A stretch of DNA of 64,000 nucleotides from Balanoglossus misakiensis (Eukaryota; Animalia; Hemichordata): contig CM082586.2 in assembly GCA_040954595.2 (NCBI GenBank), positions 9,951,337 to 10,015,336 of the forward strand. Reading direction: 5' to 3'. Below, in pieces: positions 1-12,722 of the stretch (its first letter is position 1; each line of letters begins with the position of its first letter). The notes below the pieces were generated by a model. The model was not told where the DNA came from, ran no database searches, and saw only the letters and a program-made list of their open reading frames with translations. A program made the translations under genes and the position numbers.

Positions 1-659
1 AGAATCAAACTATTAGATGCATGTTAAGAAATATAGTCAATTATTAGGAAGTGACCATAGTTGCCAAACGATTAAAATCACATTTTTAATAACAATATTC
101 ACATGTCATTGTTTCTACATTTCTAGAATTTCAGCCATTCATTTTATGTTTGTGTAAAGAATGACACCCTGAGGCTGTTGAATCATGTATAGTGCTGAAG
201 GGAAGGGGGGACACCACTCCTCAATTTCTTTCATTTTGCAAAAGATGCTAAGTTGGTTTATTTTTTTCCGGATATTGCTTATATTGTAATGAAAGTTTGG
301 TATGTTATGCAGTTCTTAAGAAGAGCTTTTGACAAACATTTCAGTGTACTTTCAAGACTGCTAGAGTATGTACATAGTGTATGCAGCGTTAGGAAGAAAT
401 ATCTTTGATATTTTTATTCTAACAATTTTCCTATCAGGATAAACAAGTAGACAGAGATATCATGTTAGGATTTTTGCATACATAAAATAAATATTCTGAT
501 AAAATGAGTGCTTTTGTCTGTCTCTTTGATTTCAGGTGAGGATCAGCCGCTCCAACAAATGGTCTGCTTACTTCCCTTTTTCATCTGATTAAAATCAAAT
601 GTAGTGTTAGGCGCTGGTGATGATTTTGGCTATTCTGTTCTCAGTTGTTAGCTGGGAAC

Positions 660-1200
660 TACTGGTCAGATTGCTTTGAAAAGTGGTATGCATGTTTCTT
701 ATGCCAAGATCATAGAGCTATATAAGTTCTAAGCTAACATCGTGAATTGTCTACTTTTTATGAATGTTTTGTCTTTTAACACAATGGTAAAATATTTTCT
801 ATGAAAGTAATTGGCTGATTTCTTTAACATTTAGTATAAATCTTCCTATAGGTGTAATTGTTGCAAAGTTTGCACATTTGTAATTATGAGCCAAATTTTG
901 CAATTTTTGGTCAAAAATCGTTTTCTCTGAAACCTCGTGCTTGTCAGATTGCTTTGGGAATTGGTAGGCATGTTCTCAGGGTTAAGCAATTGTAAGTTGT
1001 TTGAAAATTTTGTTGAAATTTGCTTATTTGTGTTCTTGAGGTAACTTGTGATTTTCTTGTTGAAACCACTTGTCAGATTGCTTTGAACTTTGGTAAGCAT
1101 GTTCTCATCGAAGTAAGATATTGTATAATTTTGGTGATGTTTGCATTTTTGTGTTTGGCAGTTTTGGGACAGTTTTTTTAAATTAGATCATATCTATTTG
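660..1200. repeat. Degenerate AT-rich tandem-like repeat (core ttgtcagattgctttgaa..ttggta.gcatg), probably an old internal array of a HINE-like element
   Basis: Core motif recurs at ~666, ~941, ~1070 and again at ~1843, ~1962, ~4421, ~4569, ~4674; boundaries approximate. Confidence 0.45.
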
Positions 1201-1342
1201 TTTGGTATTAGGTCATTAACAAAAAATTAAGTCATAGAGTTGGTCACACATATTACTTATAGCACAAGTTTGAAAAAAATGACCAGTTTGTGTCGCGTTA
1301 TCTGCTTTCATTGAGGAGTAACAGCGCCCGCAAGTCAAGTGT

Positions 1343-1765
1343 TTATGTCACATTTGTATTGGTATATTCCAGTGGGACCTTATGAGATCGGTACGTTGCA
1401 TCTGTATGGATGTATGGGAGTATGTCCATCCACATCAAAAACTTGAAGACTGCTACGCGTACAACCTCGATATTTGGTGTGTAGATGCATACCGGGTTGT
1501 AGATGGGAGTTTGTTCAAACGAAGTTGACATTGCCAAAAATATGCAAATTTTCTGGGAAAAACCTTAATTTGGTCAAAACTCAGAAACTCAGCAACCCCT
1601 GGTCATAATGATTCTGTATGTTTTGAGGTAATACTTTGAATTTTCTATTTTTCGCATTTGTTTGTCTTTTTCTACATTTTTGTAAAAAAACTACCTTTCT
1701 GGAATTAATCAGCCCACCTCTTTGAAATTTAGTATGGAGCTTCATATAGGTGATCTGAGTTACTA
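1343..1765 (+). mobile_element. 5' part of a Helentron/HINE-like non-autonomous element (family 2); probably continues as degenerate repeats to ~2100
   Basis: Aligns by eye with the reverse complement of 57843-58331 (gtgggacctta, catcaaaaacttgaa, acctcgatatttggtgtgtagatgcat, gtagatgggagtttgttcaaacgaag, ggagcttcatataggtgatctgagtta); decayed 5' palindrome and short GTAT/GTCC tract. Confidence 0.55.
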
Positions 1766-4329
1766 AAGTTTTGTTTAAATTGCTGCAAAATTTGCGAGCA
1801 ATTTTTACCTTTTTGATCATTTTTTAAATGTAAAACAGCTCATAGATTGCTTTGGAAATTTGCATGTATGTTTGTCAAATCAACTAGAAGAATTTAATAT
1901 TATATTTTTGGGGTGATTTTTGCCATTTTTGGTCAAAACTCTTTCTCAGAACCCTCTACTCCATTGCTTTCAAATTTGATTTAAAGGTTCCTGGGTGCGT
2001 TGTCATGATAATTTACAAAACCAATGATGAAAGTGTCAATGCTTTTTGTTGGCAATATCTTGTATTTTGGGGGCATATTTTCCAATTTTGAAAAATAATA
2101 GTTCCCAGTGTATTACTCTAAAATTGAGTTAATAGTATTGGAATTATAATGGAATCAAATTATAGGTAATTCGGAACTTTTATATTTTGTAGGGTATTTT
2201 GTTATATACAAAAACAAAATTCATCTCCGCGACCAGCTGTTCTTTTTGGTGCATGGACAGTGTTGGCCTGTCGATTTATCTATATTTAGAAAATTTGATC
2301 AAATTCAAACTTGAATTGCATTGAATCAATTTTAATTCCCGCCAAGAACACTTTATTGACTACAAACGTTTGTTTTGTTGGATGGGTAAAATTTAAGACC
2401 TCTCGACCAACGCAGAGTGAAGTTTAATACTTTTGAAGTTGTCAAAATCGACTAAACAGAGCGAGAAAAACGGCAATTTGCGCTGTCGGCACATTTCTTC
2501 TCCTGCCTCGAATTATCGACACCAGGACCCCCCCCCCAAAAAAAAAATATCAATTATGGATCATCAAATAACTAGACTGCATCGTCCATGAAATCAAACT
2601 CGACGACAAAAAAACTTCGCCGATTCCGAGGTAAACGCATCCCGACAGGATAAGAACTCCGCTATTTGATGTCATCTGATTTCTCTGTAAACATTGGTTG
2701 GTCGTTACTTCGGGAATGGCACTTAATCTTCTCGGTTCGGCCTTTAATTTCCATGACCCCGGTTGTTTCGGCCAAGACGCAAACTGGTTCTTCACTTTGT
2801 AGTTCAGTAAAGTTGGCGAATGGGATAGTCTGTTAATGGTGAATGCAGGCCTGAACGCAGTGCTAGCGAACGGGACAAATTGACATAATAAAAGCGAGCG
2901 TGTTGTCAGATTAGTGGGACTGTCATATCATGAACACAATACGGGAGGCGTGATAAGGGCATTATAAAGAGCGAGCGTGAAACAGACATGGAAACGATCG
3001 ACAGTACGGTACAGTGGCTGTGGGTAGAGCGAGCATGTTGCTGTGCCGAACACATTCACCATGTTTGTTAAATACAACACACACCGACTTGACCTGCGGC
3101 CGCAGCTGCAGCTTCCTAACGCGCCCTAATCCAAGCAGTTTACGATCTCGTGGATCGTGGTTGGACCAACAAAATGACCCAGAAAGAGAACCACATTAGG
3201 AAGTATTATAGGTCTGTTTCCTCAAAGTCGAATAGGTGCAAAACTTAACGCACATCAAAATGTTGCCCAGACAACGGAAGTTAGCAGTTTGCTTGCTCGG
3301 TTTGAAATGCGCGGCTGTGGTAGAAAATTACCCCCTGTTCTTTGGGACGTGAGCCACCCCCCTGAGACAATGGTGCACTCACACTCGAGAACATAGGTTT
3401 GCTATTTGCATATACAAATGGAATATTCCTTCGAATGCGAGCATGTTCCAGTGCGTTCTAAAATAATAAAATATGCAGCTATAGCATGTATGCATATTCA
3501 TTAGTGTGTCGTAATGCTAACTATGGTCTGTGATTGGGTAACAAGTCCCACTCTCCATAACAACAGGTGATCATTGACCCGTTTCCGGTGTGCGACGCCG
3601 GGTTTCGACCACTTTCCTTCTTACTGCCGCGGGATCAAGACGTCTTTTCGGTAGGCTCATAATCCAGTCATTGCTTTTAGTACCATAGCCTATGTAGCTA
3701 CGTTACCGTCGCTCGATTGTTTAGTCTGGTATTAGGTGATTTGCAGCTATCCGTTCAACACCTTGTAGTTGAACAGAAGTAGGTCTTATTCCAGAAAAAA
3801 ATCCGAGCTACGGGCGTGCAGCTAGCCATGCCTCTCGGCCATTCTGTGTATGGCTTCGCTGCTGACCCTGAGGTCATAATCGAGAAAGTCTAGACATATT
3901 TATAGGGTTATACTCTGTGAGAATTTTATTGCTAGGCCTCTTGCCTAAGCGCACGTAGAGCCAGTGTTTGCATTTTTTTTTAATTTTACGGTTTAAACGT
4001 GGTTGGTGTATTTTCGCTTTTCTGTTTGTTTTTTCGTAACATTTTACTGTTTACATGTTGTTGGCGTATTTTCGCTTTTCTGGTGTGATTTCCACCTCAC
4101 TGTTGGCATACTTAAACAATTATCCTAATTTTTATTGGGCAAACCGATAAAACCAAAACCACCACAAGTAAAGAAAATTGTAATCTGTTTGGTGATAACC
4201 CTTTTAGCTTTGAGAGATAACCGATTTGATGTTTTAGTAAAACCAAATTTTTGACCAGGGTGACAAGCATTTTTTTCTCTGAGAGTCGTGTTGCTTTGAA
4301 GCATACATTTGGATATATGGTCCCATTTG

Positions 4330-4740
4330 ATGAAAACCTGGTTGATGAAAAATGTGCATATTTATAATTTTGTAGAATTTTTTGTCTTTTTTGGTCAAAA
4401 ATTGTTTTATCTAAAACTGCTTGTCAGATTGCTTTCAAATTTTGCAGGGTTGTTCCTTGGGAATAATTAAGTGAGATGTTTTAGAAAAATACTTGAAATA
4501 TGCATATTTGCGTTTTGTGTGTGATAGTTTTGGAATTTTTCATTAAAAATTATTTTCTTTCAAACTGATTGTCAGATTGCCTTGAGCTTTGGTAGGCATG
4601 TTCCCTGAAGCGATTGACGTAAGATATTGTACAATTTTGGTGAAAATACTGATTTTTCTGAAACTGCATATGGGATTGCTTTGAAATTTGATAGTATTAT
4701 TGCAATGGGTAACCCAAGTTTTGTCTGATTGTGTTGATTT
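4330..4740. repeat. Degenerate repeat of the same core as 660-1200
   Basis: ttgtcagattgc at ~4421 and ~4569, gattgctttgaaattt at ~4674. Confidence 0.4.
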
Positions 4741-6593
4741 CCCTATACTGAGACTCGCCAAGTACACTATATGTTTATATCACTAGAGAGTTCAGAATCC
4801 AATATGGCCGCCATACGAACTGGGACATACTGTGTAATCTGATTATTTTCTAAACTTGTCATATTTTAATTTCTCGATCTCACAAATAAAAATGAAATGC
4901 CAAAAACTTAGTAACTTTCGTTTCTTCCCGCTTGGTGTCCATTAAAGTCTTTTTCCTCCCACTGGGAAAGTGGCTAGAGTCAATATGTGCATAATGGCAG
5001 CATTATATGGCACTGAATAAATGGCAGGGGTGTTTACATCTCCTAATTTGTTTTCACTTAAACCATGATAAATATCTAACATTATATGATCATATTGTGT
5101 ATGCAACTCGGAGATGCGTTTCACTTCAGGGTTGGAAGTTTGTTTAGTCAAGTCTGGGAAGTGACATGTCTTCAAAGTGACTGATGTTATCTGCTTAGAG
5201 CTGAATGCCCATGGGTGTTCTTTCCTAGAAATACATTTTCTTTGCATTTCATAGACCTGTGTATAATTATAATTTCAGTTATATATTCTAATTTGTGTTT
5301 AGGTAGAGTATGCATGGAATTAAAATAATTATTCTGTAATTACCCAACAAAAATGTTTGTCTTACAATTGTCTAGCAAGTGGGTATTTTGATTGTTAATT
5401 TGCACAGGCAACATTATGGAAGTAGCATAAAGAGTATTCGATAATATAGCAGACCTTCTAGCCAGAAAGAAGAGCTTAGAAGATTTATCAGCTCATAATA
5501 TTCCTTTAACCAATGAACTTTATATGAACTTGCACACCTGCCTTCAAGATACAGGGATTAATGTTCAGGAAACCTTACCAGCTCTAGTACATTTATTTCA
5601 GCCAGAAATTGAATTACCAGAAAAAAAAATCAGTAATGTTACAAAGAAACAGTAAGAAAATAAATGGAGAAAGCCAGCAAGGAAGGCAGAAAAGTGGAAT
5701 ACATGAAATACACAGTTTGCTTAAACTACATGTGTATGCAGTAAAAACTGTATGGTGCAAGGACGTTCAGTTTTATGATTTATAGCCAGCCAGTCTTTCC
5801 ATGCATATCATACCAAAATTAATATGAAAATCGTGTAAATGTTAATAGACTACAAGGATAGTACAAATACATGTAGACATTACACTATCCAACTTTCTCC
5901 ACTTTTGATATCTGCCCAACACAGGCAAGCAAAAGGGCCGATCTGAGAGTTTGACTTGAATGATGGCAATTTTTGCTGTCCAGAAGTAACTGTATAAAAT
6001 ATTTTTGGTAGTAGTATTATTGCTCAAAATACACAAGAATTTAAATATTTCCACTCACTACAGTGATTGAACTGATTTTCAGCAAATTGCAGTGTATAAA
6101 CAGATATTGCCATCTAATGAAATATCAATCCAATATGGCCGCCCATTTGCAATGGTAAAATGCTAGGTTTTTCCTTTTTTGAGCGCCTGGGAATTTAAAT
6201 TGTAATCCAGATATCAAAAACTGAAGTCACTATCTGTATCTGCACATATATTGTAATATATTCTGAAAATTTCGTTACAATTAGATCAACTATGATTGAG
6301 ACACGGAACATCAAACATTGCAAAATTTCATATTTCCCATGGTGCCATGCAAAAAATAGAGAGATTTTCTTTACAAGTTTAGATGATCTCCTGTAAAACT
6401 GAAAGAAGTATTCTTCTGTGAATCGTGCATAATTTTTTGAAAAATGTTGAAGATACTTGAGAATATCAGTATTTTTTTATGCTTTTGTACCTTGAAAACT
6501 GGTGAACCGATTTTGATAATTTTCTTTATTATAACCTACAAAGACCTATAAATTTTTTTATCAGTAAAATAAACAGCCTTATATAATTTTACC

Positions 6594-6865
6594 GGTCCAG
6601 CTGTTACAGAGACCACCGGCTATTTTATTATAAACTGGTGGTAGGTCAGTGAATGCCTCTGTCTGATTGGACTAATTAGCTTGTCATACTCGCATATATT
6701 TTACAGACAGTTTTTGGACAAAAATCAGTTGTGGTCCAGCTGTTACAGAGACCACCGGTTATTTTATTATAAACTGGTGGTAGGTCAGTGAATGCCTCTG
6801 TCTGATTGGACTAATTAGCTTGTCATACTCGCATGTATTTTACAGACAGTTTTTGGACAAAAATC
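6594..6865. repeat. Near-perfect tandem duplication, period 139 bp
   Basis: ggtccagctgttacagagaccaccgg...tttttggacaaaaatc at 6594-6726 and 6733-6865. Confidence 0.95.
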
Positions 6866-7609
6866 TGTTTTTTTTTAGTGCTGCTTGTAAGATTGCAGTG
6901 ACACATAACACTTGATTGAGCATGGTGAATTTTTTTATGTTTCCATAGTATTTGAATATTTTTGCCATATATGCTTGCCAATGTCGCCCGCGATTTAATT
7001 CTGGTGAATACCTAAAATCTGTGTAATCCCCAAATGGCACAACAGTTTCCTATACGCTATGTTTTAAGAAGTTAATTATACATAGACATAGTGACCTCTG
7101 GCTTACCATTTCTAGCCATCCACAACAGATACAGAGTTTGCTTTCTGTTGGAACCATGCTAACTGCTTTGGCCCCTGTAATGTTGCATGTTCCTTTAATT
7201 GTCTTCTTCATGTTGGCCATATTGGATTTTCTGATAACCTCTTAAAGTTGACATTTTTTCAAAACTACATGGCCAATCAAGTTCTAATTTACTGTCCCTT
7301 CCAATTTTTTTCAATAATATTGTTAGTGGTCATGCGACTTTGGATTCATTATGGATTGTTGAAAAATCTCATTTAACATTTCCAAAATCTTTTTCTAATC
7401 AAGTTTTCAAGTGTATTGTGATTAGTTAAACCTTATTGGAGCCAAATTGGACTTTCTGAACTCTAATTAAAGACAAAGATTTCCTATTTCTAGCCTACTC
7501 ATTTAAAGCACACATTCATTTTATTGATACGAGTCACCATATGTATAGAATACGTTACATTTTTTGGCAAATTTCACATGTCCTTTGATTCAGATTTGTT
7601 AGAACTGAA

Positions 7610-8655
7610 TTGTACTTGGATATGTCTCTTGTTAAAAAGCACAACAGTCATGATTGTGTTCACATGAGTTTTATTGCTGCCAGGACATAACCCAAATATT
7701 TTGATAATTTTGGCAATGACCCTTGTTCTACTTGGATATGTCTCTAGTCTTGTTAAAAAGCACAACAGTCATAATTGTGTTCACATGAGTTTTATTGCTG
7801 CCAGGACATAACCCAAATATTTTGATAATTTTGGCGATGACCCTTGATCTACTTGGATATGTCTCTTGTTAAAAAGCACAACAGTCATGATTTTGTTCAC
7901 ATGAGTTTTATTGCTGCCAGGACATAACCAAAATATTTTGATAATTTTGGCAATGACCCTTGATCTACTTGGATATGTCTCTTGTTAAAAAACACAACAG
8001 TCATAATTGTGTTCACATGAGTTTTATTGCTGCCTGGACATAACCTACATATTTTGATAATGTTGGCAATGATCCTTGATCTACTTGGATATGCCTCTTG
8101 TTAAAAAGCACAACAGTCATGATTGTGTTCACATGAGTTTTATTGCTGCCAGGACATAACCCAAATATTTTGATAATTTTGGCAATGACCCTTGATCTAC
8201 TTGGATATGTCTCTTGTTAAAAAGCACAACAGTCATGATTGTGTTCACACGAGTTTTATTGCTGCCAGGACATAACCCAAATATTTTGATAATTTTGGCA
8301 ATGACCCTTGATCTACTTGGATATGTCTCTTGTTAAAAAGCACAACAGTCATTATTGTGTTCATATGAGTTTTATTGCTGCCAGGACATAACCAAAATAT
8401 TTTGATAATTTTGGCAATGACCCTTGATCTACTTGGATAGGTCTCTTGTTAAAAAGCACAACAGTCATGATTTTGTTCACATGAGTTATATTGCTGCCAG
8501 GACATAACCCAAATATTTTGATAATTTTGGCCATGACCCTTGATCTACTTGGATATGTCTCTTGTTAAAAAGCACAACAGTCATGATATTGTACACATGA
8601 GTACTATTGCTGCCTGGACATAACCCAAATATTTTGATAATTTTGGCCATGATCT
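7610..8655. repeat. 116-bp satellite array 1 (~9 copies)
   Basis: Unit ttgatctacttggatatgtctcttgttaaaaagcacaacagtcatgattttgttcacatgagttttattgctgccaggacataacccaaatattttgataattttggcaatgaccc. Confidence 0.95.
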
Positions 8656-10334
8656 ACTTTCCCATAACTTGCCATGCACAGCAGATACGGCTTTCAAATT
8701 TAGAGGACTGGAACACCTAATGAAGTATTAATCTTTAACACAATCGTTATGTACTTATCCTATTTAAAGTTAACCAATTGAGCTTAGAAGTTTGGTTCTT
8801 GTTGGACACTTATCAGTTTGATGTCAAAATTTGTTGGCACAAATTTGCGTGACCTCTGGCTTACTTACCATTTCTCAGCATCCATAACAGATACAGCCTT
8901 TGCTTTCTGTTGGAACCATGCTAACCACTTTGGTCACTCCAATGCTGCTTATAGTTGGGTCTTCTTCATGGCGGCCATATTGGATTTTCTGATAATCTCT
9001 AAAAGTGTACATTTTTTTCTAAACTGCAGGGCCAATCAAGTTCTAATTTACTGGCCGTTCCAATTTTTTTTCAATTATATTAATAGTGGTCATGTGAATT
9101 TGGATTTATTATGGATTTTTTCAAAAACTCATGAAGATTTCCAAAATCTTTTTTAATCAAGCTTTCAAGTGAATTGTGATTGGTTAAACCTTATTGAAGC
9201 CAAATTGGATTGTCTGAACTCCGATTAAAAACTAAAATTTCCTATTTCAAGGCTACTGAATGATAGCACACCAATCCTTTTTATGGATACGAGTCACCAT
9301 AAGACCAGAATATGTTAAACAATTTTTATCAACTTTCACATGTCCTTTCATCCATTTTTTCAACACTTAATTATACAATTTTTTTGCAACTGTCATTCGT
9401 CTTTTGATCCAGATCTTTCAGAACTTAATTCTACGTTGATATGCCTCTTGTTAAAAAGCACAAGAGTCGTGATTTTGTTCACATGAGTACTACTGCTGCC
9501 CGGACATAACCCAAATATTTTGATAATTTTGGCAGTAACTTTTGATCTACATTCCCATAACTTGGCATGCACAGCAGATACAGCTTTTAAATTTAGAGGA
9601 CTGGAACACCTAATAAAGTACATGTATTAACTTTAACACAATAATTATGTATATAAGCTATTTAAAGTTAACCAATAAAGCGTAGAAGTCTGCTTTTTGT
9701 TGGACACTGATCAGTTTGGTATCAAATTTTGTTGGCACATTTTGCATCACCTCTGGCATACTTTACCATTTCTAGGCATCCACAACAGATGCAGCATTTG
9801 CTTTCTGTTGGAACCATGCTAACCGCTTTGGCCACTCCAATGCTGCTTGTAGCTCTAATTGTCTTCTTCATGGTGGCCATATTGGAATTTCTAATAACCT
9901 TTAAAAGTTGACATTTTCATAAACTACAGGGCCAATCAAATTCTAGTTTACTGTAGGGTTGAAAGTTTGACAAAAATATCATTAGTGGTCAAGTGACTTT
10001 GGGTGCCTAATTGGATTGTTTAAAAATCTCATTAAAAAATTACAGAACATCTTTTTCTAATCAAGTTTTCAAGTGAATTGTGATTGGTGTCACCTTATTG
10101 GAGCCAAATTGGATTTTTCTAAACACTGATTAAAAACTAAGATTTTCTATTTCTAGCCTACTCATTGAAAGCACACAAATTAATTTTATGGATACGAGTC
10201 GCCATATGACTAGAATACGTTACATTTTTTGGCAACTTTCACATGTCCTTTGATCCAGTTTTTTCAAAACTTGATTAAACAATTTGTTGGCAACTCTCGC
10301 ATGTCCTTTGACCCAGTAATTCCATAACTAAATT

Positions 10335-10910
10335 TTATGTGGATATGGCTCTTGATAAAAAGCTAAACAGTCATGATTTTGTTCAAAGAGTACTACTGCT
10401 GCCAGGACATAACCCAAATATTTTGATAATTTTGGCAATGACCCTTGATCTACTTGGATATGTCTCTTGTTAAAAAGCACAACAGTCATGATTTTGTTCA
10501 CATGAGTTTTATTGCTGCCAGGACATAACCCAAATATTTTGATAATTTTGGCAATGACCCTTGATCTACTTGGATATGTCTCTTGTTAAAAAGCACAACA
10601 GTCATGATTTTGTTCACATGAGTTTTATTGCTGCCAGGACATAACCCAAATATTTTGATAATTTTGGCCATGACCCTTGATCTACTTGGATATGTCTCTT
10701 GTTAAAAAGCACAACAGTCATGATTTTGTTCACATGAGTTTTATTGCTGCCAGGACATAACCCAAATATTTTGATAATTTTGGCCATGACCCTTGATCTA
10801 CTTGCATATGTCTCTTGTTAAAAAGCACAACAGTCATGATTTTGTACACATGAGTACTATTGCTGCCTGGACATAACCCAAATATTTTGATAATTTTGGC
10901 CATGATCTAC
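10335..10910. repeat. 116-bp satellite array 2 (~5 copies)
   Basis: Same unit head-to-tail. Confidence 0.95.
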
Positions 10911-11839
10911 TTTCCCATAATTTGACATGCACAGCAGATATGGCTTTCAAATATAGAGGACTGGAACACCTAATGAAGTATTAATCTTTAACACAATCAT
11001 TATGTACTTATCCTATTTAAAGTTAACCAATTGAGCTTAGAAGTTTGGTTCTTGTTGGACACTTATCAGTTTGATATCAAAATTTGTTGGCACAAATTTG
11101 CGTGACCTCTGGCTTACCTACCATTCTATGAATCCACAACAGATACAGAGTTTGCTTTCTGTTGGAACCATGCTAACTGCTTTGGCCCCTGTGATGCTGC
11201 ATGTTCTTTTAATTGTCTTCTTCATGGTGGCCATATTGGATTTTCTGATAACCTTTAAAAGTTGACATTTTTTTCAAAAATTACAAGGCCAATCAAGTTC
11301 TAATTTACTGTACGTTCCAATTTTTTAAAATAATATTGTTAGTGTTCATGTGAATTTGGATTTATTATGGATTTTTGAAAAATACCATGAAAAATTTCCA
11401 AAATCTTTTTTTAATCAAGCTTTCGCGTAAATTGTGATTGGTTAAACCTTATTGAAGCCTAATTGGATTTTCTGAACTCCGATTAAAAACTAAAATTTCC
11501 TATTTGTAGGCTACTGAATGATAGCACACCAAGCCTTTTTATGGATAGAGTCAACATAAGACAAGAATGTTAAAAAAATTTGTCAACTTTCACATGTCCA
11601 TTGATCCTTTTTTTAACACTTAATTATACAATTTTTTGCAACTTTCATTTTCCCTTTGATCAAGATCTTTCAGAACTTAATTGTACATTGATATGTCTCT
11701 TGTTAAAAAGCACAACAGTCATGATTTTGTTCACATGAGTACTACTCTGGCAGGACATAACCCAAATATTTTGATAATTTTGGCAATGACCCTTGATCTA
11801 CATTTCCAAAACTTGGCATGCACAGCAGATACAGCTTTT

Positions 11840-12197
11840 ATTAGCTCTGCTGTCACTTGTGTCAGCCGAGCTGTAGCAGTAGGTTGATAAATGTCTGTCC
11901 GTCGTCTGTCGTCCGTCATCCGTCGTCCGTCAACTTTTGGTATTTCAATCTTCTTCTATAAAACTACTTGGCATATTTAGCTGAAATTTGGTTGGAATGT
12001 GTGTTATGGTGCCCTTACCTGATTTTGTTAATTTGGATTTGATCGGGTCATGAATATGCAAATTAGATCTAAAAATAAAATTTTTGGTAAAAAAATCTTC
12101 TTCTCCCTAACTACATGTACGATGGAGCTGAAAATTGGTAGGAATGTGTGGTATGGTGCCCCTACCTGATTTTGTTAATTGGAATTTTGATGGGGTC
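11840..12197 (+). mobile_element. 3'-deleted copy of the HINE/Helentron-like element (family 1)
   Basis: Same 5' end and same insertion point as 18008; agctctgctg sub-TIR, CGTC microsatellite, ~1.5 internal repeats, then fuses (ggggtc|tgctttctgttgg) into the next 900-bp unit. Confidence 0.85.
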
Positions 12198-12722
12198 TGC
12201 TTTCTGTTGGAACCTTGGTCCCTCCAATGCTACTTTTAGTTGTAATTGTCTTCTTCATGGCGGCCATATTGGATTTTCTAATAAGCTTTAAAGGTTGACA
12301 TTTTCATAAACTACAGGGCCAATCAAGTTCTAATTTACTGTGCGGTTGAAAGTTTGATAAAATATCATTAGTGGTCATGTGACTTTTGGTGCCTTATTGG
12401 ATTTTTTAAAAATCTCATTCAAAAATTACGAAAATCTTTTTCTAATCAAGTTTTCAAGTGAATTGTGATTGGTTTAACCTTATCAGAGCCAAATTGGATT
12501 TTCTGAACTCCGATTAAAAGCTAAAATTCCTTTTTTTTATCCTACTCATTGAAAGCACACAAATTCTTTCTGTGGATACGAGTCACCATATGACTAGAAT
12601 ATGTTACATTTTTTGACAACTTTCATATGTTCTTTGATCCAGTTTTTTTTCAGTATTTGATTAAACAATTTGTTGGCGACTCTCGCATGTCCTTTGATCC
12701 AGTAATTCCATAACTTAATTTT

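Noticed and set aside
4765-7093. CACTA/Transib-like element (cactat...atagtg) with a possible decayed exon at ~5410-5700
   Set aside because: Only ~6 bp of clean terminal complementarity, no TSD, the right end overlaps the 900-bp unit start, and the reading frames have stops and no recognisable motif
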